From: Lepidodermella squamata
Lineage: Eukaryota > Animalia > Gastrotricha
Length of the DNA stretch: 64,000 nucleotides
NCBI GenBank assembly: GCA_047495785.1
Contig: JBLDXI010000001.1
Span: 558,001 to 622,000 of the forward strand
Reading direction: 5' to 3'
The notes beneath the pieces were generated by a model. It made no database searches. It had not been told where the DNA came from and was given only the letters and a program-made list of their open reading frames with translations. Below are positions 36,003 to 51,295 of the stretch, piece by piece (position 1 is the stretch's first letter; each line of letters starts with the position of its first letter). The position numbers and the translations under genes were made by a program.

Positions 36003-39000
36003 ATGTATTTACGCTGTCCCTTGTCAATATTCCTGTTCCTCAAGGCAGTCCAGATTGGTTGTTCGGAATTAACACCACCACCGCGCGAATCTAGCCAACC
36101 AAGTCCGGAAATCTCTCCGGCAGCGATAAGCAAAACCGTTATTAATGGATCAGGTTTTCATACTTCGGAATTTTGAATTAGTTTAGAAAATTTTGCCTTT
36201 TCTTTCTGAGCAGCTTCGGATAGATCACTTTATCATCGATTACTTCCGGGTGATGGATATGGCGATGCATCAAACGGAAACATTGACCCGTCAATATCCG
36301 GGAATTATGGTGGCTTCTGGCCAGGTCCTGCTTATGGCTATCCTCCTCCTCAGGCTAATGGTTATGGAGGTGTCCCGGGGTATTTCCCCGGTCATCCTTG
36401 GCCGAGTGGAGGCAATGTAGCTTCCCAAGGACCCGGATCGAACCCGTACAATAACCCTTACAGCTCGAGTTACACGAACAACAATAACGCCTGGGGCATG
36501 AATCGGCCTGGAAATAACGTTCCCGATAGACAAAACGCTGGTTCCGACAGCTTTCGCTTTGATGTAGGCTCTGCTACCGAAAAGCCGGCGGTGTCAACAT
36601 CGAAATGCGGTGTTCGACTTCAACTGCGTTCCATTAACCCTCGAGGTCTTTGGATGATTGGCGGGTTTCGGCAAGCAAACGCGGGACGTTGGCCGTGGCA
36701 AATCAGCATACGCTTCGGGGACAGTCACGTTTGTAGTGGTGCTTTGGTCTCTCCGTGGTTAGCTCATCAATTTTTTTATTGAATTTTAAGTCTGATGTTT
36801 TGCACAACATTGCGGTGCTTTTTCAGGGTTATTTTTGCCGCAACGAATTGCTTCCGTGGCAAGACCATTGATGCATCAAAATGGGTGGTTTATGCTGGAA
36901 AGTTGAAAACTGAGCTTGGGGAACGCGAGGAGATCGGACCTTTGGCAATTGAATCAATTAAATTTCACCCCGAATTTCAATCGCGGGAAAACTACGATAT
37001 TGCTGTCATCCTATTGCATAAGAAACTCGATGTAGCTCGTGCTGTACCAGTTTGCCTAAAACATCAAAGCGCTGCAATGTCTCAAGGCACCGATTGCTTT
37101 GTAACCGGCTATCACGGGCAAACACTGGTTGAGGCATCAGTGACTATCTCGCCGTGTACGGTGCCTCGAAATGGTTTGGTATGCTACTGTGTTTGTAAAT
37201 GAACGTGAAAAACTAGCTTTCAAGTTCCATTTAGATTTGCACCGGCCCCATTGATAGCGGCGCGGGCATTTGTAGCAGTGACTTGGGTGCACTTATGGTT
37301 TGTCCCATGAGCCATGACAAAAACATGCTATATCTCCGCGGCATTCTCTCCTTCGGTGAGTTTATTTGAGCTAGTCTTGAATTAAGTTTTGTTCCGTAAG
37401 TAACGAAAGCAAAGCAAATTGACGTGGAATGGATCAGAAAGTCTTGAAATGTGAGGTATATTATAAGTCTCAAAACATGGCCAGGGAAAATTCTGAGGTC
37501 CCAGCCGATGATTACCAAGCCGGTTATCGTCGGGTTTTCAGGGAGTTATATCCGGTAAATAATAAATTCCGTAAAAGATACTCTGAATTTAATTTTTGGA
37601 AAATTGAAAATTTCCCTGCAAAAATTTGCAACATCAGGGCAAATTTTATGGGACGTGCTCTATTGCCTTGAATTGATTTGAATGCGCAAGATTCTACCTG
37701 CGTTTATACCTTCTAGTAATTTTCTTATAAAAATGTGTTTCAAAATTTCTTTCAAAAATTTGTTTTACAGATGCCGGCTGTACTGCCGGGAACCAGCGAG
37801 GGATGTTCACCGATGTTACCAAATTTGCCGACTGGTTTAATTCGAAGAATCGGCAACAATCATCAACTCCCGCGCCGCAAGTTTTCGAATCGATGCTAGA
37901 GGGTGAAGGCGGTGCATCATTGCAGCTGATGGCGGCAGCTGCGCCCGCCATACCGCTCATAATACCAACTGTCACCCCAACCTTACCTGTCGAAAAAGCT
38001 GATTTGCCAGCTACTATACCTCCGCAAGCAGACTACGATGAAAGCACATGCGGTATCTTGCCGTCGAAAATTTCGTCAACTATGGTTGGCCCTGGTGTGA
38101 GATATCGCCGCAATGATATCGCTGAGTCGAGGCTTACAATTTCAGAAGATAACGGAGCCAAGCCGGTTGAAGATTATGAAAATTCAGATCTTGAACCTTC
38201 GGATTACGAAGACGGCGCGGAGAGTAGAATTGTCGGCGGCAAGGTCATCACAATTCTGTCCCAACCGTGGCTGATTTCGCTGCGATATCACAACATGCAC
38301 GTCTGCGGCGGGGCGATAATCAGCCGTCGCCACATCCTCACCGCCGCCCACTGCTTCAAAGATCGCGACACTTCGGCGCTTCACTTGTGGCAGGTGATGG
38401 TCGGAAAGTCGCAGGTCAAACCAGAAAGTAGACAGGCGCATCCTTTCGAAGTCGAGAAAATTCGAATCCACCATAATTACAGTAAGTTCCGTATTTTCGC
38501 ACCTTATTCTAGCTATCATATCGTTTTATTTATGTTTCAAGATAAATCGAAGCTTTTTGATAGCGATATTGCTGTAATCCGACTTACGGAGCCGTTGAAA
38601 TTCGGTAATAAGGTCTATCCGGTTTGCCTACCCTCTGAACCTGGCTACCCTCGCGCGGGAATAAAATGCAGGATTGCTGGTATGAGTCATAATTTCTTGG
38701 TAATCTTCAATCATCTCGTGATTTGAAAACAGGTTTCGGCGCTACCGAGAACACGGGCGGTAAAGGCAAATTGAAACAGGTTTCGCTGCCAATTTTAACT
38801 CGGGAGGATTGCGGGGCAGCTTCGCGGTTTGGTCATTTGAGTGATAAGATGCTTTGTGCTGGCTATTTGGCAGGTGGCGAAGGAAGTTGTCAAGGTTTTC
38901 TAGGCAGAAATTGATACAGCTAAGCTTTTCAACTTTGTTTTAATTTATAGGGGATTCAGGCGGACCTTTGGTTTGCGGCAAGGATGGCAACGAATACGCC

Positions 39001-39333
39001 GAACCTTACACCGTATATGGTCTTGTATCCTTCGGTGAGATGTCTCATCCCTATAACCCACAACTGTCTAATATTACTATGTTTACAGGTTATAAGTGTG
39101 CTGGTGTAAATCAGCCTAGTAAGTTCGAATGTGTATAGCTCTCTTTCATGTATAATTGGATTTGCTTCATAGGTGTCTACACGCTGGTGCCTGAATTCTT
39201 GGGTTTCATTCGCGAGGAAATGGGGAAACTTTCGCCGAACGACGACGATGACGTTAAGGCACGCATGGAATTAGAAACAGAAGATGAGCTTCAGATTCTA
39301 GAGAGAGGTTCCAAGAAAACGAATATTAACTGA
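36003..39333 (+). CDS. Secreted two-domain protein SP4: inactive protease homologue followed by an active S1A protease
   Basis: Signal peptide MYLRCPLSIFLFLKAVQIGCS, then a G/P/Y-rich linker. Domain 1 has AATNCF and ICSSDLGA. An in-frame linker follows intron 37356-37770. Domain 2 has R|IVGG, LTAAHCF, DSDIA and [11 protein letters not shown]. Confidence 0.82.
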
Positions 39334-40257
39334 CAATTCGGTAGTTTTGTTGTTGTTATTTAAATTGGAAAAGTTCCACGTTGTTGGTAAATGAAACCTC
39401 AGAAAAGCGGAATAAACGTTGCCGATTTTAATAATATGATTTCTTGTTTGCTAAAAAGCGTTTAATGAGTTGGTATGAGATGTATCCTCCCTGCGGTAAA
39501 AACGGTGATTAGCGAACATGTCAAAGAGGTCTTCATTGATCATACATCGCGAACTTGCGATCTCTGCGCGATCTGTGGTTTGAATTCAATATTGAATGCA
39601 GCTTTAGTTTGAATTAGAATTAGGCACCAGCTTCAGCATAAGATACTGTAACGGATTTTTGGAACTTCGATATAAGGTGATCAAGGTGATCAAAGATCAA
39701 ATGCCCAGTTTCCTAGCAGTTTTCACGGCTTTGAAAGGGATTCGAGCTTTTTAATTCAGCTTTGAAGTGACAGATGACATCGTTCGTTAGTTACAGAAAG
39801 TTTCCAGGTAGCTTTCCGTATAACCTTCTATTCCGATACCGGAATACGCTGAGAAATACTGCTTAGTGCGTTTCGCCGCTTCGGTTTGAAATGAGTTGCA
39901 TGAGGATTTTTGAGTTATCAAATAGGAATCCTGGAATTGTTATGAACACTTCCAGTTATAATTTTGATAAAATTTCCCATCCAATTCAGACTTCTTTCTT
40001 TCACAGGAGAATCGACCAATGATACGCAGATTCTCGTTCTTGGGAATGTGTTCACAGTGGCGTCTACATTGTCCCTCTGGCGTAAAATGTGTCTCTCTAT
40101 TGGCCTCATAACAGCTGATTAACAGCTGCTTTCAATTTCATTATTTACCTGTTGCGGGCGACACATGCCAGCATGCTGACACATCTACGACTCCCTTTAA
40201 TTGCTAATTGTTAATTTGAGAAATTCATTCCAGAAAAGACATCTCATAGATTTGGCC

Positions 40258-42052
40258 ATGGTCACGTACGAAACCCTGTTCATCTTTCTAATCTTTGTCC
40301 CATTCTTCTCAAGGTCGGAATTGACGCCAGGTTTGCGAAAATTTCACCTAGCAATAGAGTTTACCTTGAAGCTTTTGTAGCATCCTCTAATTCGTTAACA
40401 GATGCCCAAGAGAAATTTATCGCGCCTTTAAAACTAGTTTATGGCAAAGATCCTGTTTTGTACCAAGAAAAGACTACAACGACTACAACAACGACGCCAT
40501 TTATTGAAACCACAACGGAATTGCTTACTACTACGACTGAGGCAGTGACGACTACTGTTACGACCAAGCCGACACCAAGAACGACAAAAAGGTCTAATAA
40601 ACCTCGGAAGACAACTCCCACCACTACCACAACAACAACAACTACAGAGATCCCTTTCAATCGATCGCTGTGTGGTTATCGTTACCCCAGTCGTCTAGGG
40701 CTGGTGGCAACAGACAGCGAAGGTTTGGGCTTGTTTTTTCGATGTTAAACGTTGATTGTACTATTCAATTTCAGATGCGACATCCAGAATCGTGGGTGGC
40801 ATGGAGATAGTGGCGGAGAAGGCGCCGTGGCAGGTATCAATACGTTCTTACGACCAACATGTTTGCGGGGGCGCCATTGTCAGTCGGCGCCATATCGTCA
40901 CGGCAGCTCACTGCTCTTCTGGGAGAAATCTATCAAATCCAGCCCATTGGCTGGTTTGGGTGGGGAAATCGCGCGTTGGCGAAGAAGCCGGTCAGCTTGA
41001 ACCTTATGAGGTGTCTCGCGTTGAAGTTCATCCAAAATATGGTAAATTATGAAATGTAAATTATGTAAATTTTATTCTATTAATACTACTTTTACTCTAA
41101 TTCATTTCAATTTGTTGTGACTTAACGAAACGGAGTTAACTTATTTAGCGGCTGTTTGCATGTTTTTTGATACTCGCACCCAGTTTCCACGCCGAGCTAT
41201 ACTTACTGAAAACCTTCTTTTTAAAATCGGAAAATTAGCTACTTGTTTAGTTCTCAGACATGACATTATTCTGATTTGTTTCAATGTTAACTGTTCTCAG
41301 TTGGTACACGGACGGAAGGGAAGAAAATCTACGACTATGACATCGCGGTTGTTAAGCTGAAACGTGCTTTGGAATTCAGTGACACAGTCTACCCCATCTG
41401 TCTGCCAAGTGACAAAGATGTGGCTCCTGGTACAAAGTGTAAAATCGCAGGTAAGCTCGCGACATTATATTGTTTTATCTTACCATGTAGGTATATTTCA
41501 CATGATTTTTTTCGCGAATTGACTATTCCAGGTTTTGGCCATGTCTCAACGGAACACACCGGCTGGGATGGAATCCTAAAGCAAACAGAATTGCCTGTGT
41601 TGGAAACGGAAAGATGTGGCCGGGCTTATCGAACGGATCACGTGACAGATAACATGCTGTGCGCCGGCTATCTAGAAGGCATAACTGGCAGCTGCCAAGG
41701 TAAGCTAGTTCAAACAAGTTCAAACTACTCCACATGTTTGGTCTTGCTCTGCAGGCGATTCCGGTGGACCCCTTGCGTGCCCGTCACCTGACAATAAGGG
41801 AAAGGAGCGTTACACTATGTACGGTGTCGTCTCGTTCGGTTTGTTTTATAATCAAGGCAATAGTTTAAGAAAAAGCTTATCACATTGTATCACTACTCAG
41901 GCTTCGACTGCGCTGGCAAGGATGAACCAAGTAAGTCATGCATGCTCATATTCTGTGATTATATTGGATATTTCTCAATACCTTTTATAGGTGTATACGC
42001 CCGAGTGTTCAAGTTGATGGATTTTGTCGAGAGGCAGCTGATAGATCTTTAG
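40258..42052 (+). CDS. Secreted S1A protease SP5 with Thr-rich mucin-like prodomain
   Basis: Signal-like exon, poly-Thr tracts (40476-40647), R|[27 protein letters not shown]. Confidence 0.88.
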
Positions 42053-42405
42053 GTTATCAATGCCGTTCGAAAACTGCTTTGTTGTTCTATTTGAATCGAA
42101 TTCCAGCATTTGCTAAATAAACTGTCGATTTTGCTGCTAGATAAGACTTTCGTGTCCTGCGATGTTACAAGCATTACATAATTTAATTACGGGAATTAAA
42201 TCTACATGATTTATATTCAAATTTCAAATTTTTCCCGTTTCACTAAAAACAATTAGAAGGGTTAAGGCGGATACAAAATGCTGAATTTATTTGTTGTTTT
42301 CAGATCAAATGACTAAAATTTCAACGCATGAATCTTAAAACGATCTGTTTCAAAGCTGTATTGTCAACATTCGTCGATAAAAATGAGAGAATTGAAGTAA
42401 AACAG

Positions 42406-43975
42406 TTAGCTGGAGATGTTCTCTTGAATCCAGTTGATGTAGTTGTCGACCTTGGTATAGACACCAGGCTTGTTCTCCTCGGCACAGCCGTAGCCTAACG
42501 AATAAAAAAAGCAAACTTTAATAAATCTTTAAGGCGGATTAAGGTTTGTTTTACCGAAAGAAACGACGCCATACAAAGTGTAGGCTTCAGTCTTGGGGTT
42601 CTTCCAAACGAGCGGGCCACCGCTATCGCCTTGGCAAGCGTCAATATCACCAGCCAGAATTCCGGCGCAAAGCTGAAAACATCAAAATATTAGCAAGATC
42701 TTATGGCGTGACGAGAAGTAAACCGACGGACCATGTTGTTGGACAACGCATTCTTGTACTTGTCGCTGAGCTTCTTGCAACGCGCTTCAGTAATATACTT
42801 GATTTTGGCGTATTGCAGTTTTTCATCGTCAGCGCTGCCCTTGGTTTCGCCGTAGCCCGAAACGATGAGTTCGTCGTCGTCCTTCAGCTTTTTCAGCATC
42901 GTCTTAGGGCGGGGAAGGCAAACTGGGATAGCGTTCTGAAGAAATGAAAAATGACCTAGAAAGGCAGACACAATTTGACCTTGAAGAGCTCACCTTGTTG
43001 AATTTGATCGGCGTTTCGAGTTCGATGAGACCAATGTCGTTATTGTGCTTCTTTCCTTTCCCTGTTTTCGGCCCAAAACGCTTCATAAAGAGGCAAAACT
43101 ATAAAAGTGACAACTTACTCCATGCTTTATGGGGAATGACCCGCTTGACTTTGCGAACAACTTCACCAGCCTCTTTCTTTGACTTGAAAGACTTGCCAAT
43201 ATAGATCGAGTAGTCTTTCATGTCCCTAAACAAAAAAAATATACAGAGTTCAGGCTGGACATTGCGCGCGGATTTCCTACTCACCTCGAAACAAGGCAGT
43301 GGGCGGCGGTCAAGATAAACCTAAAAAACGCACTGTTATTTAAATTTTCCAATTTGTTATCCAATCTTCACTTGGCATTGATGATGCTGCCGCCGCAGGC
43401 ATGGCGACCTTTGTACCGCATCGAGACCTAGTATAAAATGGGGATTCACAAATGCTGGAGTTCTATCATCTATTTAGCTAACCTGCCACGGGAAATACTC
43501 ATGCTTCGCCTCTTTGCCGCCAACAATGCGTCCCTTCAAACTGTAAGAAATTGTATTCAGCAATATTATGAAAAAGTTATTCATCGCCATACGTGAAGTT
43601 GTAGGCGCTTCCGTCATCTTCCTCGTTAGTCGGCTCGGTCAGGGAATGCTCGTGCTCCTCGTTTTCGTAATCGGAATCCGACTCGGCAGCAGCACTTCTT
43701 CTATCGCCAACGCTTTCTTCCTCAGCCACGGCTTCGGCTTCTGCTTCGAAGTCAGATTCTTCCGGAACTGATGAATCCGTGGAACTTTCCTGCAGTTTCG
43801 AGAGAGGCACACCGCATCGAACTTTTGACACCGTGGTTTCCATAGGAGTCGGCGATTTATGCTTGTTCCTGAACTTGCGTTCATCAGTTTCGCCGTCCTC
43901 GTTGTTGTAGTCATCAGTACTGGCGAGAGCCATAGCGGCTATCGCCAACAGCACGAATAGCGATGGCCAATTCAT
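42406..43975 (-). CDS. Secreted trypsin-like S1A protease SP6 with acidic propeptide
   Basis: [18 protein letters not shown] signal, E/D-rich propeptide, GR|[35 protein letters not shown]. Confidence 0.92.
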
Positions 43976-45125
43976 GATGTTCAAGAGAAGTGATGATAAT
44001 TTGGGAAATAATTATTGTAAAATGAATTGCGATGCCTACAAGAGCTTAAATTGCTTCGCCCTAATCGCACCATCTGACCGGTGAGCGCTCGCGCCAGGAA
44101 AAGTCGCGTGCCAGCAGGTTCAAGAATTAAAGATCGCACATATCGCACGCGCCGGATTGCGCAATGATTTAGCCTATACACAGCCTATCAAAGTCACTAG
44201 TGAAAAAACCTGGGTTCGAAATTGGGTTAGGTCCTACGTCCTACCGTAGAGCTAAACTCTCAAGACTGAGGTCCTGTCCCTGCTTAATCCTGCAAATGTC
44301 GTGGGGACGTCCAATGTTGAGAAAATTCAATATCGAGTGGTTGGAAATGTTTGCAAATCAGCTGGTTTTTCGATTGCCGATTCTATTTTAAAACAAGTAT
44401 CCGATCCAGATAGCACAGGGAACAGTGATAAGTTTTCCAGTAACAGAAATGATTTAAAACCCAAAAATTATGGCATTATTGAAAATAATTCAGATATATC
44501 AGGATATACACCCATTTTAATCGAAATTCAAGCATGCTTCAATTGCAGCTTCGAAAAATTAAGATTTTTTATTTATCAGGGTTTCCTGTTGCTTCACAAG
44601 GGAATCTGCAACTAGCTCCACGGGTCTACCTATAACCATTCCTCTGATGCATTAGATGCGGTAGATTCAGGAAAACATTTCAGGGAAAATATATGTTTGC
44701 TTAATAATTAAAACTGAACTCTAAGAGCTCAGAGGCGACGAAGGAAGAATTAAAATCAACGGATTTTGCATGAAGAGCTCGAGTTTTCTCACATCTCGAA
44801 GTTTCATCCAAATTGGGGTTCCAACGTAGAAAAAAGTTCATTCAAATACAGTAACCAATTTGCTAGATTCATGAAATAAACATATTTCTTCAATTGCTTA
44901 CTCAGCTTCTCCAAAATCAGGATCTAACTTGATATTTTAAGCAAGGGAAGGAAAATAATCATGAGTCTTCGGTAATTGGAGTAATTGAATTTTATTTCAG
45001 GATAAAAAAACGAATCAATTGTGGATCAATGCTTAGAAAACTTGATACTTAATAATGTTGACTATTCCGAATAAAATCTTGGAAAATGTCTCCCCGCCAT
45101 GCATTGCTACTTTCTTCAGTGTAGC

Positions 45126-46477
<1,352 letters not shown>

Positions 46478-47739
46478 TTTAAGAAATCAGAGTTGAAATC
46501 TGCTAAACCTTTTAATTGTTGTCCAAAGCAGCCTTATAAAGTCGAAGGAGTTCGCGCGTTCGAATTGGCCATATTGGCTTGCGTCGCACCTGTCGCACTA
46601 GAGGCCTCGTGTTATTTTTACCTTAGAGCTAGTGTTACGGCTTTTGCACACTGAGCTCATGTCCTTAAATTGTGAGTTCAACGTTAAAAAATGGCAGATC
46701 CGTCATGAAGAAATGAGACGCATTGTTGTGATCCAACTTCATGTGTTAAAAAGGTACACAGCGCGAAAAGTCCGGCCCACCGTAAATCAAAATAGTCATT
46801 TTTGTGGCGAATCTGTTGTTGAATTTTGTGCATATTTACCAGTTTCTTTGAGATCGAGTATACTTGAAGAATATTACAAAATTTTAATTGGGCAACCATG
46901 CTTTATTTTTAGCAAGCGACATACGAATCGTAGACCTGGGACCGGACTTATTGCGCGTTGCGCGGTGTATATTGATTGCGCAGACTGCCAAAATCACCTG
47001 GAAAAATCAGCCTTCAGATTTCACAGAAAACGAAGAGAAGGAGCTAATGCATTTTTGGTGTTGAATTTGAGCATGTTGCGCGCAGTTCAGAGACAAAACA
47101 GGTCCACCTCTTTGGAAAAGTTCAGATGACGACTTTAATGTGGAAAATAAGATTTTTCCTTTTTTCTGCGGATAAAATTATTGTTTAAATTTTCATTATT
47201 TTTTGTGTGAATTCGGCGGCTGGAAAATGAGCAGCTTCAAAAATTGTTTTCCGGTTTTACATCCCGCTACACGGTACTGAAAATAATTGAAACGTTGATC
47301 ATCATGCATAGGAATAAACCTTATCAACGGCCAACACCCTCGTAAATTATCAGAAATATTTGATTCCGCATTTTTGGCAGCTACAAATTTTATTCTGCCG
47401 AATGTGCTGATGAGAAACTATAATTTTACTTTTCGCTTGCCAAGCAATCATCAAGAGTAATATCTGCAACCCCAAATAAAACTATTTTGTTTCTAACAAT
47501 TTTATCAACCCAAGCGATTCTATAGATGAATGAAAGTGGACTGTGAATATGGTGAAGCAGGCGGCGCAGAGATGGCGCGTGTTTTTTTGGAGCCACCTCG
47601 TGGCAGGAGTTGAGTGGCGCGCGCGACGCTTTTGCAACAATGAATTCACGGCTATAAATAAGCAGCCTTGCCAAGGTGTTAGTATCGATTTCAACATTTA
47701 ACATCTGTTTAACACATTAGCATTTTATATTTTGACGAC

Positions 47740-49204
47740 ATGTCGAAACTAGTCTTTTTGCTACTCTCCGTCGTTTTATTCTCTTCGGCTGTCTTTGCCG
47801 CGGAAGCCGATACCGCTGATGCCGACATCGACTTCGAGGGTGTTTTCGTCGCCGCCGAGGATGGCTCGGAACGCGGTTCGATCAACAACTACGCCAAGTA
47901 CCAGTGCGGTCGCCGTGGCAAGTTGACCGGCAAAGCTGAGGACGCTGCTCGCATGGAAGAATCCCAATGGGAAGCTGGCGAGCACACCAACGCCGATGCT
48001 GAAGCTACTGCCGAAGCCGAGACCAACGCTGAAGCCACCGCCGAGACCAATACTGAAGCTGAGGGTGAAGCTGAAGCTGAACGCGGTGCCATCACCGAGG
48101 GCGAAGATGAGGTTGCCAACGCTGAGGTCCATCAAACTGAAGGTGAGGCTGCTGAAGCGGCGGAACGCCACGTCGAGTCCGAGGGCGCCAGCGAGACTGA
48201 TGCCGAGGATGAAGGCGAGGGTGACGCTGAAGCTGTTCGCATGGTTGGCGGCCGTAGCACCTGTAAGTTGGAAAAAAGGATAACGATTAAAATATAGTTA
48301 ACATTTTTGTTTCATTGAAGCTTCGGCTGAATTCCCGTGGCACGTCTCGATCCTGTTCAAGGGAAAGCACGTCTGCAGCGGTGCCATCATCGGCAAGCGC
48401 TACATCGTCGCCAATGCCCAGTGCTTCAAGAACCGCAAGAGCCGTCACTACAAGATCTTCGCCGGTAAGATGTACAAGAATGATGCTAAAGAAGAAGGCG
48501 CCGTCGGTCCGTTCACCATTGACGCCATCATGACCCACCGCTTGTACAAGGGTAAGTGGCAAAACATGTCAAACCTTTGACCCTTAATCTAACCCCATAT
48601 CAATACAGTTAAGAATGGCAAGCACGAGAACGACATTGCTCTGATCAAGCTGAACAAGAACATCCGCACCTCGAAGAAGGCCTCAGCTGTCTGCCTGCCT
48701 GAGCAAGCCGAGAAGGTCACCAAGAAGCGCCGTTGCTTCGTCAGCGGATTCAATGAAGCCAAGGGTCAACTCGAGGATGGCGAGCTTCGTGGCGCCCGCG
48801 TTTCTGTCATCACCAACAAGCAGTGCAAGAGCAAGGCCGGCAGCTGGCTGCGCGGTTCCCTCACCAAGAACCAGTTCTGCGCCGGCGGTCTCCGCACCGA
48901 CACTGGCTCCACCTGCAAGGGTGACCTTGGCAGCCCGCTCGTCTGCGAACTCGGCCACAAGAGCAACGTCTTCATCCTGCAGGGTCTGTTCTCCTTCGGC
49001 AAGAAGGACTGCACCGCCAACCAGAAGGTCCCGGCCGCCTACACCCGCCTTAGCAGCTACGTCACCTGGCTGAAGAAGAGCTACCGCACCCTCCAGAAGT
49101 TCAAGTCGACCGACAAGCCCCGCGCTGAAGGTATCGAGGAAGCCGAGGATGACGATGAACGTCTGGAAGTCGATGCTGCTGTTGTCGCTGACGATGAAGA
49201 GTAA
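47740..49204 (+). CDS. Secreted catalytically inactive serine protease homologue SPH1 (3 exons)
   Basis: Signal peptide, E/A-rich propeptide, R|MVGG, VANAQCF (His->Gln), ENDIA, TCKGDLGSP (Ser->Leu), acidic tail. Confidence 0.9.
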
Positions 49205-49650
49205 AAAGAAAAACGTTCGATTTCTCAAGCTGATTTTAACAATCATTGATTTTATCATTTTGAATATCATGAAAATCGTTTTGAAATGATCATACCAACA
49301 TAAACTGCGAATACAGTAAACACAAAGACAGTTTTTCACTTCAGAGACTTTTGTTCATTGATTTAGGAGTGTCAAGAGAATTGTAGAGGGGGCAATCTTG
49401 GCCTTTACGCGCGTGCTCCGAGGTCATCTGTTTAACCTAAATTTCGGAACCTTTTTATCACCGTTGGTAGAGCGAGCTATTTCCCATCCCATTCTCAATC
49501 TGCGACCCCATGTATTACGTCCTTATGAGTCCGTTATTAGACTCTTAGAGTAATTGAGATAACGTGTCGGAAGATAAAATACAAATAAATACCTAGGTAA
49601 CTCAGCAATAAACAATTGCTCTCTCGCCTATCTATTATTTAAACAAAATA

Positions 49651-50687
49651 ATGGCTGGTTTTCATTTTCTCGCAGCCTGCTTTGCTATCGGTTTCATCGC
49701 ATGTTCGCCACCATGTCAAGCAGCCGATCGCCCGAATTTGCCACTGATTTCAAACTTGTATGGTTTCTGGCCACTGACCCTGAAGCATGATATTGTTGAT
49801 TTTGGCGGGAGTCACGCCATCGTGGAGCCCATTCAGCAGGGTGAACCCACAACTGGGCCCTTTCGGCCAGCCAAACACTTCTTTTTCACTAGTGTTACCA
49901 CCGAATTCGGACGAAACGAAAAGCCCTCAGACCCAAAAATAATAAATTCAACCGATTGTTCTCTTACAAAAGTCGGAGCCAAAATTGTAATCAAACAAGA
50001 AAATTATTTCAATCAAAATATCAATCAGGAAATGGATACCTATTGTTATTTGGCTTTTAATGCTAGAACTTTATTTCTAATGCCGAGTCTAATCTCATGA
50101 AGCGAGGATCACGATCACTGACTGATACGTCAGACCGATTTGTCAGAGATTTGTTAATATTTTTTGTTTCCAAATTCAGCGCTGCGGCCAGCTGAATTAT
50201 ATTAATGATAGGTACAAAAATAATTGAAATGTTCAATGAGTTTTCCATATAAGGCTTTCTACCATCAATTTTCATAGCTAATAACTCAACCGGACCCAAA
50301 CCAGGTTATACAAATCAAAACAGAGATTAAAAGCTTTGTGCAACTATTTTGTTTTTGTTTTTGTTTATTTTCCTATCATGGTTCAAAATGGTTGGAGCTT
50401 GTTATCAGTGTCGATTCAATTCGATGCACAGCTGCAGGTAATCAACATTTTTTTATAGCAACGTAAACCAACTAGTCGAAAATCATCCCATCCCGAAAGA
50501 TTTCCCATACATGGTCAAGGTTAATCAAGTTTCAACCGGGTTGTCGTTGCATAAAGGCGAATTGCCGTTTCCTCCAAACAACGCAATTGCCTGTCTTTCT
50601 GTCTACAACTCGACTTTATCTACGAACGATGTTAAAGATGTATTTGCGACTTGCCAGAAGGTCACGCAAGAATATGACGAAATGTGA
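49651..50687 (+). CDS. Secreted LamG/pentraxin (concanavalin-A-fold)-like protein; internal exons uncertain
   Basis: Signal peptide. N-terminal LYGFWPL...GPF and last-exon IACLSVYNSTLS..DV...FATC resemble the ends of Laminin_G_3-type domains. AATAAA at 50695. Confidence 0.5.
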
Positions 50688-51029
50688 AATTTCGAATAAA
50701 CTGTAAACTGCAAAATGCTTCAGCCTTAGTATTCATAGCCGGTAAATTCTTAGACGATCATCAATCCCTCAAACTGGTATCATTCCACGAGTTTTAAAAA
50801 TAAACACCACGGTTTGTACTTGATTTGTTAAGTTTGGCGGCTTGCTTTTCGTATTTTCTGGCAAATAAAAAACCTTCTGAAAATGTTTTAGTTGAGCGCG
50901 AACCTGTAAGTCGAACCTTTTTATCTATTTGCAAGGATGACCTCGTAATTTTCGAATTTTTCTGACACTTCGGCTTCGCCCTGACCTACAACAACACCAG
51001 AAGTACATGGTTTGTGTATTAATAAAACC

Positions 51030-51097
51030 GAGCTAAAGCTAAAAAAAAAAAGCAGCTAAAATGAATTCAAGAAGCTATTTTTAGAAGAGTATTATTA
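51030..51097. repeat. Degenerate fragment of the 2996-3111 MITE
   Basis: AAGCTATTTTTAGAAGAGTATTATTA is identical at 3073-3098 and 51072-51097, with similar A-rich sequence upstream of both. Confidence 0.7.
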
Positions 51098-51295
51098 GTA
51101 TTATCGAGACGAACAGGTGCGTAGGTCGCCAGCCCTATTCGTCACACGTGCCGGCCAAGGCGCGTGCTAAAAGCTATTGTGAAACATAGACATCGCAAGA
51201 TGACAATCGCATTGTTCACCCTTTAAAGCCTCGCTGAATTTACAGAAACAGTATCACTTTCATCTCATTCACTTTTACTACATACGTTTTCAATC

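Noticed and set aside
35813-36094. ORF containing GSPDWLFGIN, resembling the Spondin_N motif PSPDWFVGV
   Set aside because: That frame stops at 36094. A different frame from ATG 36003 gives a signal peptide that splices in frame into SP4, so the match is likely coincidental.
37481-37620. Short imperfect inverted repeat CAGGGAAAATT / AATTTCCCTG in the long SP4 intron, and similar weak inverted repeats near 20530-20755 and 44580-44680
   Set aside because: Too short or degenerate, with no clear target-site duplication.
46632-47129. 165-codon ORF between SP7 and SPH1
   Set aside because: Non-ATG start, no domain or codon bias. It lies in a divergent promoter region.
48683-49339. Long antisense ORFs over SPH1/SPH2, RPN2 and eIF4E2 (e.g. 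48683-49339, 52195-52626, 5554-6015, 55598-56179)
   Set aside because: Shadow frames produced by strong codon bias or low complexity on the coding strand.
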